Assembly: GCF_006345805.1 (NCBI RefSeq)
Contig: NC_043002.1
Location: forward strand, 4,464,001 to 4,528,000
Direction: 5' to 3'
DNA from: Octopus sinensis
Taxonomy: Eukaryota
Length of the DNA stretch: 64,000 bases
Positions within the stretch are counted from its first letter, which is position 1; each line of letters begins with the position of its first letter. The notes under the pieces were generated by a model. It was not told the DNA's origin and made no database searches. It was given only the letters and a program-made list of their open reading frames with translations. This document shows positions 27,242 through 40,418 of this stretch, one piece after another. Both the position numbers and the translations under genes were made by a program.

Positions 27242-28407
27242 TAATCCCATAGGTCGAAATAAAATAAATAGTAGTTACAGTGGTTTAGTGGGCATATGCT
27301 ATGAAAGAATTTTAGTGGAAAGTTCTTAACAAATCCTTTTTAAACTCTGGGTAAAACACTCTAGACTTATGCTGTAGGACTGAAAAAAGAAATCATACGT
27401 TTTTCAGCAGACGCCAACCTGAGGCCAATGAAGACATTAAATGCATATTAATGAGAAATTCTGCAGATTCCATACTTAGATTATACCTTTGAATTTATAT
27501 GAGTGTTTATTATAGCAATACGTTATGTAATTAACTGCCTCGGAAGCAAAGTTGAGAAGCTTGATTTCCCGATGATACAAGTAATGAGATAATTACGAAT
27601 ACAAAACATTGATGTATCTGCAAACATGTAAGCGGTTCCAGACGATAAGCTCGTGGTTGGAATGTCTACGTTTAACACACGCACAAATATAGAAATGTGT
27701 GCATACATACAAGTATAATTGCAAGTAGGGATATGTTTGTAGATGACAATAAAGAGGATGTTGTTTAAATCCAATACAACAGCATTGTTTATGGATGAGA
27801 AATTTGGGGGTTTTTTTCTGGTTAAAATAAAATCAAATCGTAATACACATATATAAAAAAATGCACGCATGTACCTACATACATACACGTAGGCATGTAT
27901 GGATACATACATACACACACACTCACACACATACATATACACACATATATGCATACAGACGCGCGCACACACACACACACACACGCACGAGAGTCTGATG
28001 CACCTAGAAGGTCGAAAATTCGAAGCCAGTGTCATCACTATTGTTGTATCTGTATATATATTCTACAAAAAGTACTAAGTAATCATACAATGTAATGCTA
28101 AATTGTTCTTATTATAACGCGATACAAAAACAAATATTATATATATATATATGCATAGGTATGTATAAGTATGTATGTATAATCTATAAAAGTGTATATA
28201 TATATTCTTGAAATACATTAAATGAGAATGCATTGTATGTTTGTGTATTTGCATGTACATTTGTGTATACTACGGTATAGATTGTTGGTTGTTACATACA
28301 TACATACACACACACACATATATATATATATATGTATGTATGTATGTATGTATGCATGTATGTGTTTGTATATATACATACATACATATATATATATTCA
28401 TATATAA

Positions 28408-28465
<58 letters not shown>

Positions 28466-28475
28466 ATATATATAT

Positions 28476-29152
28476 ACAGAAAGAGAGAGAGAGAGATAGC
28501 GGAAGAGAGAGGGTGCGATGGATAAATTGTAACCAGTTTTAATTCGCGCATGTATGGTTTGTCTTTCATTTTGTCGAATACACAGTATAGTAGGGTCAGT
28601 TGGGCAACGTCTGTGAGTAAAAACAGCACCTAGATGCAATTCACTCTGCCAGAAATTTGAAAACTGCATATTGCACTGCTTGGCATTCGCGTAGGAAGTT
28701 CCTACACGAACAGATGGTGAACACTGAGAACAACCGTTGTTTTGCCGTGTTCCCAAAGCATGTACCGAGAGTTATACAAATCAAACATCCAGCCAACATC
28801 ATGGTGTTTGGAGTGATCACTCCCCAGACTGCAATCCCCTTGATTATTATGTGTGGGGTGCACTTGAGCGAGAGACCACCAAAACTCCTTGTAACACCAA
28901 AGATGAACTGAAGGCAAGGATTATGGCAGTATTCACCAACTTAAACAAGGAGACCGTCCAGAAGAGTTGCAGGAGATTTTGAAGTCGTCTGGAGGCCGTG
29001 GTTGAAGCCAATGGCGATTTTATTGAATAAATCTGCTCTTTAGTATTCAAGATATTTTTATGTAATTTTGATAAATATATCTGTTAAAATGACATGTCAG
29101 TGTTATTTTCATTTTTGCGTAATTTAGAATGCAATATATTCACCGCTCCCTG
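28476..29152 (+). mobile_element. Internally deleted Tc1/mariner DD37D (maT-like) element
   Basis: KHPANIMVFGVI and SPDCNPLDYYVWGALERET motifs. Imperfect TIRs (GGGTGCGATGGATAAATTG / CAATATATTCACCGCTCCCTG-TA); left TIR split by (GA)n. Confidence 0.75.
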
Positions 29153-29349
29153 TATGTGTGTGCGTTGTGTGCGTTGTGTGCGTTGTGTGCGTGTGTTTGT
29201 ATTTATATATGTATATATGTGTGTGTACATATATCTTCATATATATATATAGATATATGTATATGCACATATGCATGCATGAATACATACATATGTATAT
29301 ATATATACACATACAAACGCACATATATATATATATATATATAATATAT

Positions 29350-29406
<57 letters not shown>

Positions 29407-29422
29407 GCATATGCAGGCATGA

Positions 29423-29475
<53 letters not shown>

Positions 29476-30268
29476 TACATACACACACACACACGCATAT
29501 ATATATGCATATACATACATACACACATACGTATATACATGTATATATCCTGGCGCCTTAACATGGCCGCAGCCTGACTAAAGCCAGCAAAAGAATAATA
29601 GAATTTGAGAGCGAAAGATATACACATCTGTGTTTATTTAAGAATATATCGTCAAATCTTGCTTAGATAAATTTCTACACATGTGTACATAACAATATAA
29701 ACGTTTTCTTCATTATTTGTATACTGTCTAGATCCGCAATTCTAAAACCTAAGATAAATTCTCTCCACTCTGTACCCAACCATCGAAACGCAAGCTGGGG
29801 CGAATTTCAGGATTCTAGAGTGAAATTTGGGAACTTCTGTGGGGGAAATTATTATTACATTGAAAAATTCTTCATCATCATTGCAGTTCAGTTTTTGCTA
29901 GATTTGTTTGCCGTAATTTTAATGAGGAAGGTATTAATGTTATCGCCACTCCACATATGTCTTAAGATGCGCCACTAGGACACCTCTTCAGTGTTGAAGT
30001 ATCCTGAAGTAACGGGCTGTTTCAGGTATTACGTACCAGACTGTCTTAGTAGCATTATTGACTCCCGCGCAATTCAACACATTGTGCCCTAAGTCTTTAT
30101 ATATTGTCGCTATAACATACATAGGACAGAAATGGGCCCCCTTGATCAGTAACACCACTGGATAACTGCCCAGTGAACCGACGCTTCAACATGACTCTGA
30201 TTACATATCTTCGATCAGGTGACACGAACTAGGTCGATCAAGCTTAGGCCTGCTTTCAAATGGCATTC

Positions 30269-30504
30269 TACAGAGTGGCGCAGTGCAAGCGTGCTGGATC
30301 GGAAGTCCGTAGATCGAAACAATGTTCTCTGTGAAGTAATGGATGCTATTGTTAATATTTATGCATCGCAACTAAAGTTGTTATATATATATGTCAACCA
30401 TATAACTGTATATATACTTAAGAAGGTAGGAACAAACTATATTATGCAGTAGAAATTTATACAGAGCTAAGGGATTATCGACTGGCCAGGGGACACTAAA
30501 ATCC
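30269..30504 (+). mobile_element. Initiator-tRNA-Met-derived SINE-like repeat, copy 1
   Basis: CAGAGTGGCGCAGTGCAAGCGTGCTGG matches the 5' half of eukaryotic tRNAiMet; body homologous to 34821-35053. Confidence 0.6.
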
Positions 30505-30587
30505 GTCTAGGTATTTTCTCAGTAGCCCCTATCTTGTTATCGTGTTCATGATGGCTTTTTTTCCTATTCATTCCTGTTATGCCCGAA

Positions 30588-31012
30588 AAGATGGCAAGTT
30601 GGCAGACTCGTTAGCACTTCGGTCAAAATGCTTAGCGGAATTTCTCCCGGCTTTACGTTCTGAGTTCAAATTCCACCGAGGTCTTCTCTGCCTTTCATCA
30701 TTTCGAGTTCGATAAAATAAGTACCAGTTGAGCACTGGGATCAATGCAGTCGAATAGCCTCCCACCACCCTGCCGTGTGCCTAGAGTAGAAAAGGCGGCG
30801 AGCTGGCAGAAACGTTAGCACGCCGGGCCAAATGCGTTGCCGTATTTCGTCTGCCGTTACGTTCTGAGTTCAAATTCCACCGAGGTCGACTTTGCCTTTC
30901 ATCCTTTAGGGGTCGATAAAATTAAGTACCAGTTACGCACTAAGGTCGAGTGTAATCAACTTAATCCGTTTGTCTGTCCTTGTTTGTCCCCTCTATGTTT
31001 AGCCCCTATGTT
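30588..31012 (+). mobile_element. Two adjacent SINE family B copies with different tails
   Basis: Heads at about 30588 and 30792. Confidence 0.75.
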
Positions 31013-33899
31013 TAGAAACATATAGTAGAAAAGATCCCTGCAATGTCCAGACCAACCGAGGGTCTGCGAATTCTCGACTGCCTTTCACCACCAGAAAGTA
31101 TGTTCTTGCAACAGCCCTCCACTGACACCCAGTACATTTTTTCTTTCCTTTCTTTTGCCTCCCCACCATCCTCTCTTCCCATAGCACAATTTACTCCAAT
31201 AAGATGAGGAAGACAAGACTTCTTTTTCCTTTTACCTGGTGGTGACCGGGGATCGGGATGGCGAAATGATAAAATGAGGGAATCTAGAAAAAAAAAATGA
31301 TTCAAGAAACACGACTGTAGAAGTATGTCCGAACAAATCTGTTTCTTATCTCATGTAATTCTTTTAATTTATCCTGTAATGAGTTTGCTAATTGCTCGTT
31401 AAGAAACAAAAGTAATGTACAAATACGAGCTAGTAGTGAAGCTCCAACGTTTTAGGTCGACCTACTAGAAATAACAGCTAAATTTCTCCTCTTAGCTGTC
31501 TTTGTTGTCTTAAGTGAAAGAAAATTGGATATCATAGATATAGTCTTAAAGTAATTTGATACCCGTTGCTGGTATGCTTTTGATCATCGGTTTACTCACT
31601 GAAGGTTGACCTAGGGCTAAATAGCAATCTCCGAAGTCATCACTATCATTCTATCACTTCACTATTGTTACAAAGGATAATTAAGTCAAGTGTCTGTAAA
31701 TACATTTTCTGTAAATGAAATGAGACGGTCATCTTTGGAACGGATTAATCATAAGCTTGCTGGATCAAAGTTGAGCTGCAACAATAACAGCAACGAAACT
31801 TCTCTTATTCGACCTGGTAGATATAGCAGCTAAATAGTCTTCAAATCACGTCTCATAATTTGTTTTTAAAATAATATATTAAATAATTAAGAAAAAGGAG
31901 TGTTAAAAACATTGAAAGCAGGAATATTTTTGGCTTTATACCTACTCTGCTAAGCTTAGGTTAAAGACAAACAATAGCAATAACAAACGAAAAAGTTCCA
32001 GTAGAGGAATTTCGGCAAAATGAACCTCATGCACATGGCTAAAATTAAAAGAATATTGCCTCTTTTCACCGTCACTCTTACAGATTAGTTGGGGGAAGAA
32101 ATTGCTTTTCACGGTTATTGCTGAAACAAAATGACTGGAATTACAATATTTGAATGCGTCACCAAGTAGGAAACGGTTGAAAACTTCGAATCAGCTGTTT
32201 AAACCAAAGTGAGTGCGTCCAGTAACCTTAGGATGAAAGGCGTCAGATGCAATCATCCCATTATTTATTTACAGTGTATCTAAGAATGCATTTTGAAATG
32301 TGTCTCCTAAGATGGTCAAATAATGAAAGTAAAGACACGCTGTGAGTTTTAGGCGACTTGCTATTGTTTTCCTATATCATAAAAGCTTATCTTTTATCCT
32401 TTACCTAAAATTAAAGATGAGGAGGGTGATTTTTGGCTGTCTTGTGAAACGTAAAACAAACCTGTTAAAGGATGGTTGAATTTGTGAAAGTCATCGGTCA
32501 TCAATTTTTCCGGATATGTATGTTTTGTGTATATGTTTGTTTAAGATATGTGCAAAGACTGGATCTTCAGCAGTTTGCGCTGCGGGAACCTATTCATTAA
32601 TGGTTAAGGTTCAATATGCAGCGGGATATAACATCCAGCATCGTCGCTGTTCAATATCTATCTCAGAACTCAGTGAGACACATACGTCACTCTGGTCATC
32701 TTAGTGTATCTCTGAGATACCCCAGTCATTTCGGACGCCTTGTCACAAGTCCAGGACATCAGAGATGAGAAAGCATGGCTATTAATCTAGAGCAGCCCTG
32801 CCTCACTATAATCCAAGTTCAGAACTAGTTAGGACTAGTACTTCAAACCACAGACAGGCAGAAGAATTTCTGTTGCGACGGGCGGAATGGGCACGCCCGT
32901 GAACGACAACGAAATGCAGTAGTTTCCCCCGAAACGACTGAAGTTTAGGAAGAACACCCACGAATCTCCTTTCGCCTTCACTGCTGCATCCTCTGTTGTA
33001 AGGGTCCATCAGAGATGAAGTCATCTTCGAATACGAAGGACGAACACACAACAACACATCCAGGACAAGGGGTCGATTTATTCGATCAAAACCCTTCAAG
33101 GTGGCGCCTCGGCATAGCCGCAGTCAAATGACTGAAACCAATAAAAGAAGGAAGAAAGACAAAACAAAGAATTCACTGATAAGGCTACCGTCATATTTCC
33201 CTTATTTGGTCGTCACTGGCATTATGGTGGAAAATATTTATCTAAGGTACCGCGCAGCCAGATCGAAATTAAGTACTTCGGATTGCCAAGCAAACAACAT
33301 CTTAACCATACACCCATTCCTGCAAATATATTTTGTGCAAAGACAGTACGAGCATTTTACTTTATTATTACATCTTTACAAAATATAGATGATTCGATAA
33401 AAGCCCCCACCTTCATCACCTCAATCTGGCTTGCAAATATAATTTAAACTCTTAATTCAAAAGCGCGTTCGAGAAAATAGTGTATAAAATAATAAAAAAA
33501 AAAATTACGAAGAAATTATTAAAAATGACTTAGTGAAAGTTTAATATGGTAAATATTATTAGTTTATTTTCTTTTATATCTTAAAGCATAGCTTTAGCTT
33601 TCTTAGCAAAATCAATTTTGGTCAACTAAATTCAATATATCTGCCCATTGCTCTTTAAACTATTTTATTGTTTATATTCCAATATTCCAATATTCTTAGT
33701 TGTTGTTGTTGTTATTAATGATGATGTTGCTGCTGTTCGGGGGATGATTACTGCTGTATGTTGTACGTGTGTATATATGCGTATGTGTGAGCCTATTTTC
33801 AGCGCCCCACCTACGACTCCATTTTTTATTTATTGGGTTATTGGGGTTGCTAATTCTTTTTCGAAATTTACGTTTGTTTATTCAATACAATCATAATTA

Positions 33900-33903
33900 A
33901 TAA

Positions 33904-33959
<56 letters not shown>

Positions 33960-34056
33960 CGTTATTATTATCATTATCATTATTATTATCGTTATTTGCA
34001 GATAAGAAACAGAAATAACGGCAATGGTGATGCTGCTGATAATAATAATAATGATA

Positions 34057-34114
<58 letters not shown>

Positions 34115-34115
34115 T
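33900..34115. repeat. (ATT)n then (AAT)n inverted trinucleotide tracts
   Basis: Direct reading. Confidence 0.9.
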
Positions 34116-34450
34116 GTGTGGTAAGTAGCTTGCTTACAAACCACATGGTTCCGGGTTCAGTCCCACTGCGTAGCCTCTTGGGCAAGTGTCTTCAACTATA
34201 GCCTCGGGCCGACCATATAATGATGATAATAATAATAATAATGATAAAAATAATAATAATGGTTTCAAATTTTACCACAAGGACAGCTATTTTCGGGCAT
34301 GGGACTAGTCGATTACATCCACCCCAGTGTTTCACTGGTACTTAATTTATCGACCCCGAAAGGGTTATACGTAAAGTCGACCTCGGCAAAATTTGAACTC
34401 AGAACGTAAAGACGGACGAAATACTGCATGCTAACGATTCTGCCAGGTCA
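34116..34450. mobile_element. SINE A head (+, 34116-34215) and SINE B copy (-, ~34275-34450)
   Basis: Family motifs as in other copies. Confidence 0.7.
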
Positions 34451-34654
34451 CCGGTTTAAATATAATGATAATAATAATCCTTTCTACTATGGGAACATGG
34501 CCTGGAATTTGTGGAGAGCAGGACAGTAGCTTACATCGACCCCAGTTGTTGAATCCATTTATTTAACAACAAAGAAACGAAGAGGTAGGTAACAGTTTGT
34601 CAATGAATTACGCAATATAAATGGGTGCAATTTCCGAGGCTTCACGGTAGAAAT

Positions 34655-34790
34655 TATATATATATAAACCAATTTCAAAGGATTTCGCCCAAATTTGACG
34701 TCGATATTACTTAGTTTGGTTTGAAATAACGAACTTGATTAGCTTAATAATCGTAACTTAATCCCGGGCAAGGCCGGGTTATACTGCTAG
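34655..34790 (+). mobile_element. Helitron-like 3' terminus
   Basis: CCCGG-GCAAG-G-CCGGG hairpin followed by TTATACTGCTAG; the next base is C rather than the canonical T. Confidence 0.5.
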
Positions 34791-34820
34791 CACATTATAT
34801 ATTTGTCTGAACATTTGTTG

Positions 34821-35053
34821 AGCAGGGTGGCGCGGTAGAAGCATGCTGGACCAGAGATTTGTAGGTTCAATCTATGTTCTCTGCGAAGCAATGGATACCG
34901 TTTTTGATTTTTATGCATCACAACTAAGTTGTCTATAAATCCGTCAACCATATAAATGTATGTATATCAAAAGGGGTAGGTACAAACTATATTATGCTAT
35001 AGAAATTTATACCGGTTAAGGAATTATCAAGTGGCCGAGGTACAGTAAAATCC
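34821..35053 (+). mobile_element. Initiator-tRNA-Met-derived SINE-like repeat, copy 2
   Basis: AGCAGGGTGGCGCGGTAGAAGCATGCTGG head; shares TATGCATC.CAACTAA.GTTG, GTCAACCATATAA and ACAAACTATATTATGC blocks with copy 1. Confidence 0.6.
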
Positions 35054-35171
35054 AAGTAACGTCGTGAGTGAACACTACGACAATAGAGCCTTTCACCTTG
35101 TGTATAGGATTTCGCGAATTTTATCTTAAGGTTCATATCAACAAAATTAGAGAAAAAAAAATACATTACAG

Positions 35172-35356
35172 TTCTATATATAAGAGATGAGAAATTATGT
35201 ACATTATTTACAATTGACGGATATTTGTCCTCATCTTGTTTGTTGTTAACACGACGTTAGGCTGATATACCCGCCAGCCTTAATCAGGTATCTTGGGAAA
35301 ATTTCGAACCTGGGTTCTCATTTCTAAGGTAGTTTTCGATGTTGTTGTTATTATTA

Positions 35357-35425
<69 letters not shown>

Positions 35426-35588
35426 TCACTGCCTGGAATCGGACTCGGAATATTGGGGTTAGTAGCCCGCGCTCTTAACTACTACGCCATATGCCCGTGG
35501 GCCCACAGGTACATCAGCCGAAACGGTGTGTTAACAACAAACAAGGTGAAGACAAATATCCGTCAATTGTAAATAATGTAAATAATTT
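35172..35588 (-). mobile_element. Non-autonomous element: tRNA-like head, (AAT)n, hammerhead-like motif, inverted partial terminal repeat
   Basis: tRNA-like head at 35425-35497, CTGATTA core at 35281-35287, stem GGCTG/CAGCC; 35192-35270 is inverted at 35508-35587. Confidence 0.65.
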
Positions 35589-35759
35589 TTAAAGAACGAG
35601 TGGTATGGCAAAGGCTATGATCTTAAAGACGTTGTTGTTTTTTTTCTTTCTGGTTCCATCAGATTATGCATGGTGACTTTGCTTCTCTAGTATGATCATT
35701 CTTCTTGGAGCACTTTCTTGAAATCCTATAATTATTGTTATATCCTTACGCCTCCGATA

Positions 35760-35968
35760 AAGGCGGCGAGCTGGCAGAATCGTTAGCACGCCGGGCCAAA
35801 TGCCTGGCAGTATTTCGTCTGCCGTTACGTTCTCAGTTCAAATTCCACCGAGGTCGACTTTGTCTTTGATCAATAAATTAAGAACAAATGAAACACTGTG
35901 GTCGATGTAATCAACTAGTCCCCTCCCACAAAATTTCAGGCCTTGTGCCTATAATAGAAAGGATTATT
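35760..35968 (+). mobile_element. SINE family B copy (alternative tail)
   Basis: AAGGCGGCGAGCTGGCAGAATCG head; tail CTAGTCCCCTCCCACAAAATTTCAGGCCTTGTGCC. Confidence 0.8.
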
Positions 35969-36149
35969 ATTCTATTTCATTTTATTTTATTCATTCCATT
36001 AAAGTAAACCCCAACACTTTATGACTGTTTAGTATTGTCCTGCTCACCCATTGCGCTAGTGGCAAATAAATGAAATCATTATTATTCCTATACACTCAAC
36101 AGATTAGACTGTTGGAAAAGAAAAACTCCTAACATCGGGTTACAACAAT

Positions 36150-37210
36150 TAACCTTAGATGCCAAGAACCCTCCTAAGTATCCTAACTGTCTCTAATAAC
36201 ACTGTTTTAGGAGCTATACTAAACTGGGTTTTTGTACCTATTTCCTCTACCCATCTGTTCAAATCTTTATGGATACTTCCTAATGTACCTATAACTCCTG
36301 GGATATATTTTACCCGCCCTCTCCATAGTCTCTGTAATTCAATGGCTAGGTCCTGGTACTTTGCTATTTTTCTATACCTTTCATACAGATTTTGTTATCA
36401 TTTAGGACTGTAAAGTCAATTTGCTGGCACTTTCTGTTCCCTTTATCTACTAAATCAGGCTTTCTAGCTTCTGCCAGTCTAAATGTTAAAGTCCCACAAT
36501 ATCTATTTCATATTTTCTAGTATGTTACTATGTTCATGTTCATACCATTTATCAGTATAGTCAAATCCTATCTTTCTAGATAACACCCAGTGGATTACTC
36601 ACTCTATGTTGTCATGTTTTTTCTTGTATTCTTTCTGTGCCAAAATGCTACATTCACTTACTATATGAGTAACACTTTCCTCTTATGACTTGCATAACCT
36701 ACATTAGGAATCTACTTGGTTTTGTCTATCTTGGCTGTTATCCAATTAGTCCTTAATGCTTGAGCTTGTGCCTCTACTAACAAACTTTCTGTCTCCCTCT
36801 TCAGCCTTCCTTTTCTGCAACCGTAACCATGTCTCACTACAACTATTTACTGCAACTGTCTTTGAGAATCTACCTTGTAACGTATTCTACTGCCAGTCAG
36901 ATAATTTCTGTTCTTTTTTCTGGTTTTTAACCTCGTTTGGGTTTTTGGTTTCCTTGTCTTTCTGTGACTCTAGCAGCTTTTAATAACATTTCTTCACTAT
37001 TATCTACGTAGGAGTCTATAACTACTCGAGCTAACTCCACGCAGTCTTCTACTGATATTAACCCTCTTCTACATTCCTTTCTAGGTAAGTATAATCTTGC
37101 TACTCCTGGCCTTGGGTGGAGTCCTCCGTTCATATTGAATTCCACCCTAGTACTTCTGTCTAGCTTCTCATGACTAAAATTGCACATTTATCTATTTTAA
37201 ACACCATGTC
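36150..37210 (-). pseudogene. R4/Dong-clade LINE 3' portion (post-RT domain, CCHC knuckle, REL endonuclease)
   Basis: LHPRPGVARLYLPRKECRRGLISVEDC; CRLCKS*EESVTHIVSEC; IVGTLGSI...VLLETVRILRRVLGI*. Confidence 0.85.
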
Positions 37211-37322
37211 TATCTTTACTGTAAAGTCTTACAATCTGTATTAAGGATTCTATCTTTTTTTTTCATTCTTGATAAAAAAGCTTCAGATCATCATATTATA
37301 TATATATATATATCTATATATA

Positions 37323-37362
<40 letters not shown>

Positions 37363-37599
37363 TCTATAGACACATTGAGTTTTACTTTTCACTTGTTTAA
37401 AAATCTAAGCCTACTTTTTGTGTATCTGTAACTATATTTTCTATGGCAGTCTTGCTTCTTAAACAGAAGTGATTTGAGAGAATTTCGCTGTTATTTCTAG
37501 CGAGACGACCGAGCTGAATATAGGCTCTTCCGTTGGTGGCGTTTCTGCTGTTGTAGTTTCAGTGATCCTCATTATCATCCTTATCATTTTCATCCTGAT

Positions 37600-37748
37600 C
37601 AGTGCGACCATTGTCGTCGTCATCATCATCATCAACAACAACAATAGCATTCCTCCTCATCATCATGATCATCATCACTATCATCATCAACAACAGCAGC
37701 AACACTATTTATCATCATCATCAGCTTCATCATCATCATCACCATCAC

Positions 37749-37786
<38 letters not shown>

Positions 37787-38450
37787 CCATCACCATAACC
37801 ATCATCATCATCATCCTAGTCACATCGATATCAGCCTCCTCTCACCTCGTTCGACTCTCTCGTATTACAAGCTTAACATATCGATTCTGACAAAAGATGT
37901 GTATTCATTACAGCACTTTCACAAACCGTTCCCATATTCACAATACTGCCACCACGACCACCACCGCCCCCCCCAGACCACCACCGACACCACCACCACC
38001 ACCACCACTACTACTATCACCTCCACCATGATCACCACTAACATGACAACCACCGCGGCGAAACACCGCCACCACCACCACCACCACCATTACATCGTCA
38101 TCACTGCTACCACCATCACCACTACAATCACTAACACCATCAGCGCTACCACCACCAACACCACTACCAACGCCACCAACGCCACCAACGCCACCACTCA
38201 CACTGCTTCTACCACCTTCACTACCAATGCCGATACCACCACCATTACCTCCATCAGCATCAACGTCACAACGTCACACGATCAGTTACATCACAAACGT
38301 ATCATCTTCACCACCATAACCAACACCCGTAACACCGCGGCAGCACGGTGGCGGTCGCCGCTTTCGTCTTCGTCCTAGCGCCACCACCACCACCACCACC
38401 ACCACCACCACCACCACAACCACCACCACCACCAACACCACCACCACCCC
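37600..38450. repeat. (CAT)n/(CAC)n low-complexity region
   Basis: Direct reading. Confidence 0.85.
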
Positions 38451-38797
38451 TTACATCGCAAATCCACCCTCCCACCCCTTACCATCATTAATATTAACAA
38501 ACAAATATGCAACATGACCGCGAATAAAGAAGCTAACAAAAACCTTTTCACGGACAACAAAACAGAGAAAAAAAACAACACAAGTTTGAACAAAACAACC
38601 TGGAAAATAGCAGTAACAGCAACAACAACAACAGCAACAATAGCAGCAACAGCAACAGAGCATCTAAAACAACAACAGCATAAAGAAAAAAAAATGCCAA
38701 AACAGCAAAAAAAAATAAAAACATTAAAAACAAAAATAACATTAGTCATTAGTCACAACTGAAACATACAATCCACGATTAAAACAAGAACACCAAT

Positions 38798-39535
38798 TTC
38801 TTCTTCTTCTTTTCATCCTTCTTCTTCTTCTTCTTCTTCTTCTTCTTCTTCTTTTTCTCCTTTTCATCCTTCTTCTTCTTCTTCTTCTTCTCCTTCTTCT
38901 TCCTCTTCTTCTCCTTCTTCTTTTCCTTCTTCTTCTTCTTCTTCTTCTCCTTCTTCTCCTTCTCCTCCTCCTCATTCGTCTTCTTCTTCTTCTTCTTCTC
39001 TTTCTTCTTCTTCTTCTTCTTCTTCTTCTTTTTCTCCTTCTTCTTCTCCTCCTTCTCCTTCTTCTTCTCCTTCTTCTTCTTCTTCTTCCTCTTCTTCTCA
39101 TTCTTCTTCTTCTCATTCTTCTTCTTCTACTTCTTCTTCTTCCTCTTCTTCTTCTTCTCCTTCTTCTTCTTCTTCTTCTTCTTCTTCTCATCTTCTTCTT
39201 CTCATTCTTCTTCTTCTCTTCTTCCTTCTTCCTCTTCTCTTCTTCTTCTTCTTCTTCTCTTCTTCTTCTTCTCCTTCTCCTTCTTCTTCTTCTTCTTCTT
39301 CAACACCCCCTCTTTCTCCTATGCTCCCCTCCTCTACCGTCTTTTTCCGTTCCTCTCCTCTTCCTTTATCCTTTCTCCCTCCTCCTCCTTCTTCTCCGTC
39401 ATTCTTCTACCTTCCTCCCTCACTTCATTCTTTTCCTCTACCTCCTCCTCCTCGTACTACTACTACTACTACTACTACTCTACTACCACCACCACCACCA
39501 CAACCACCACCACCACCACCACCACCACCACCACC

Positions 39536-39621
<86 letters not shown>

Positions 39622-39640
39622 TGCTACTGTTTCTGCTACT
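38798..39640. repeat. (TTC)n polypyrimidine tract followed by (CCT)/(CAC)/(TAC)/(TGC)n
   Basis: Direct reading. Confidence 0.93.
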
Positions 39641-40092
39641 ACTACTACTATATAAAAGCATAATTCACAACAAAAACCACAAGCATAGGCGACAACACCG
39701 TCACCAAAAGCAAGAACAACAAAAACAACAAAAACCAAACGTTTTCCACGAACAAAAATCAGAATTAAAAAAGCCTTAAAAATAAACAACAATAAATACT
39801 TACAAAAACATTATAAAAAAAAATACATAACTACAACAGCAGCAACAGCGAAAGCCAGCAACAACAACAACAACAACAACAAGAGTCAATACACAAACAA
39901 AAAACACACACACAGTATAGACAAAAGTCACAACCCCAACCATCGACAGCCATTAACCCCAAAAGCCATGATGAAGACAGCAATAACAACAGCAACAACA
40001 TACCGTCGAAGAAACGTATATGCGAATATATAAAAATGTACATATAAACATATACATACATACATATATATATACTACACATAATATTACTG

Positions 40093-40145
<53 letters not shown>

Positions 40146-40172
40146 TATATATGTATATATATATCAATATAT

Positions 40173-40212
<40 letters not shown>

Positions 40213-40382
40213 TACATACTCATATATATATCAATATGTGTATATATATATACATATATATATATATATCAGTATATATGTATATATATATATCAATATA
40301 TATATATACATATTTGTATATATATATATCAATATGTGTGTGCATATATACATACATACTTACATACATATATATATATATG

Positions 40383-40418
<36 letters not shown>

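Noticed and set aside
29960-30000. Minus-strand CTGAAGA plus hairpin, a possible hammerhead
   Set aside because: GAAA is absent after the stem; too degenerate.
35425-35497. Functional tRNA gene
   Set aside because: The B box is mutated, the acceptor stem is not complementary and it is embedded in a repeat, so it is treated as a SINE head. The same applies to other tRNA-like heads.
37500-37640. Transmembrane-like frame ETTELNIGSSVGGVSAVVVSVILII
   Set aside because: The hydrophobic run merges into an (ATC)n repeat, no donor site is found and the antisense frame is equally open.
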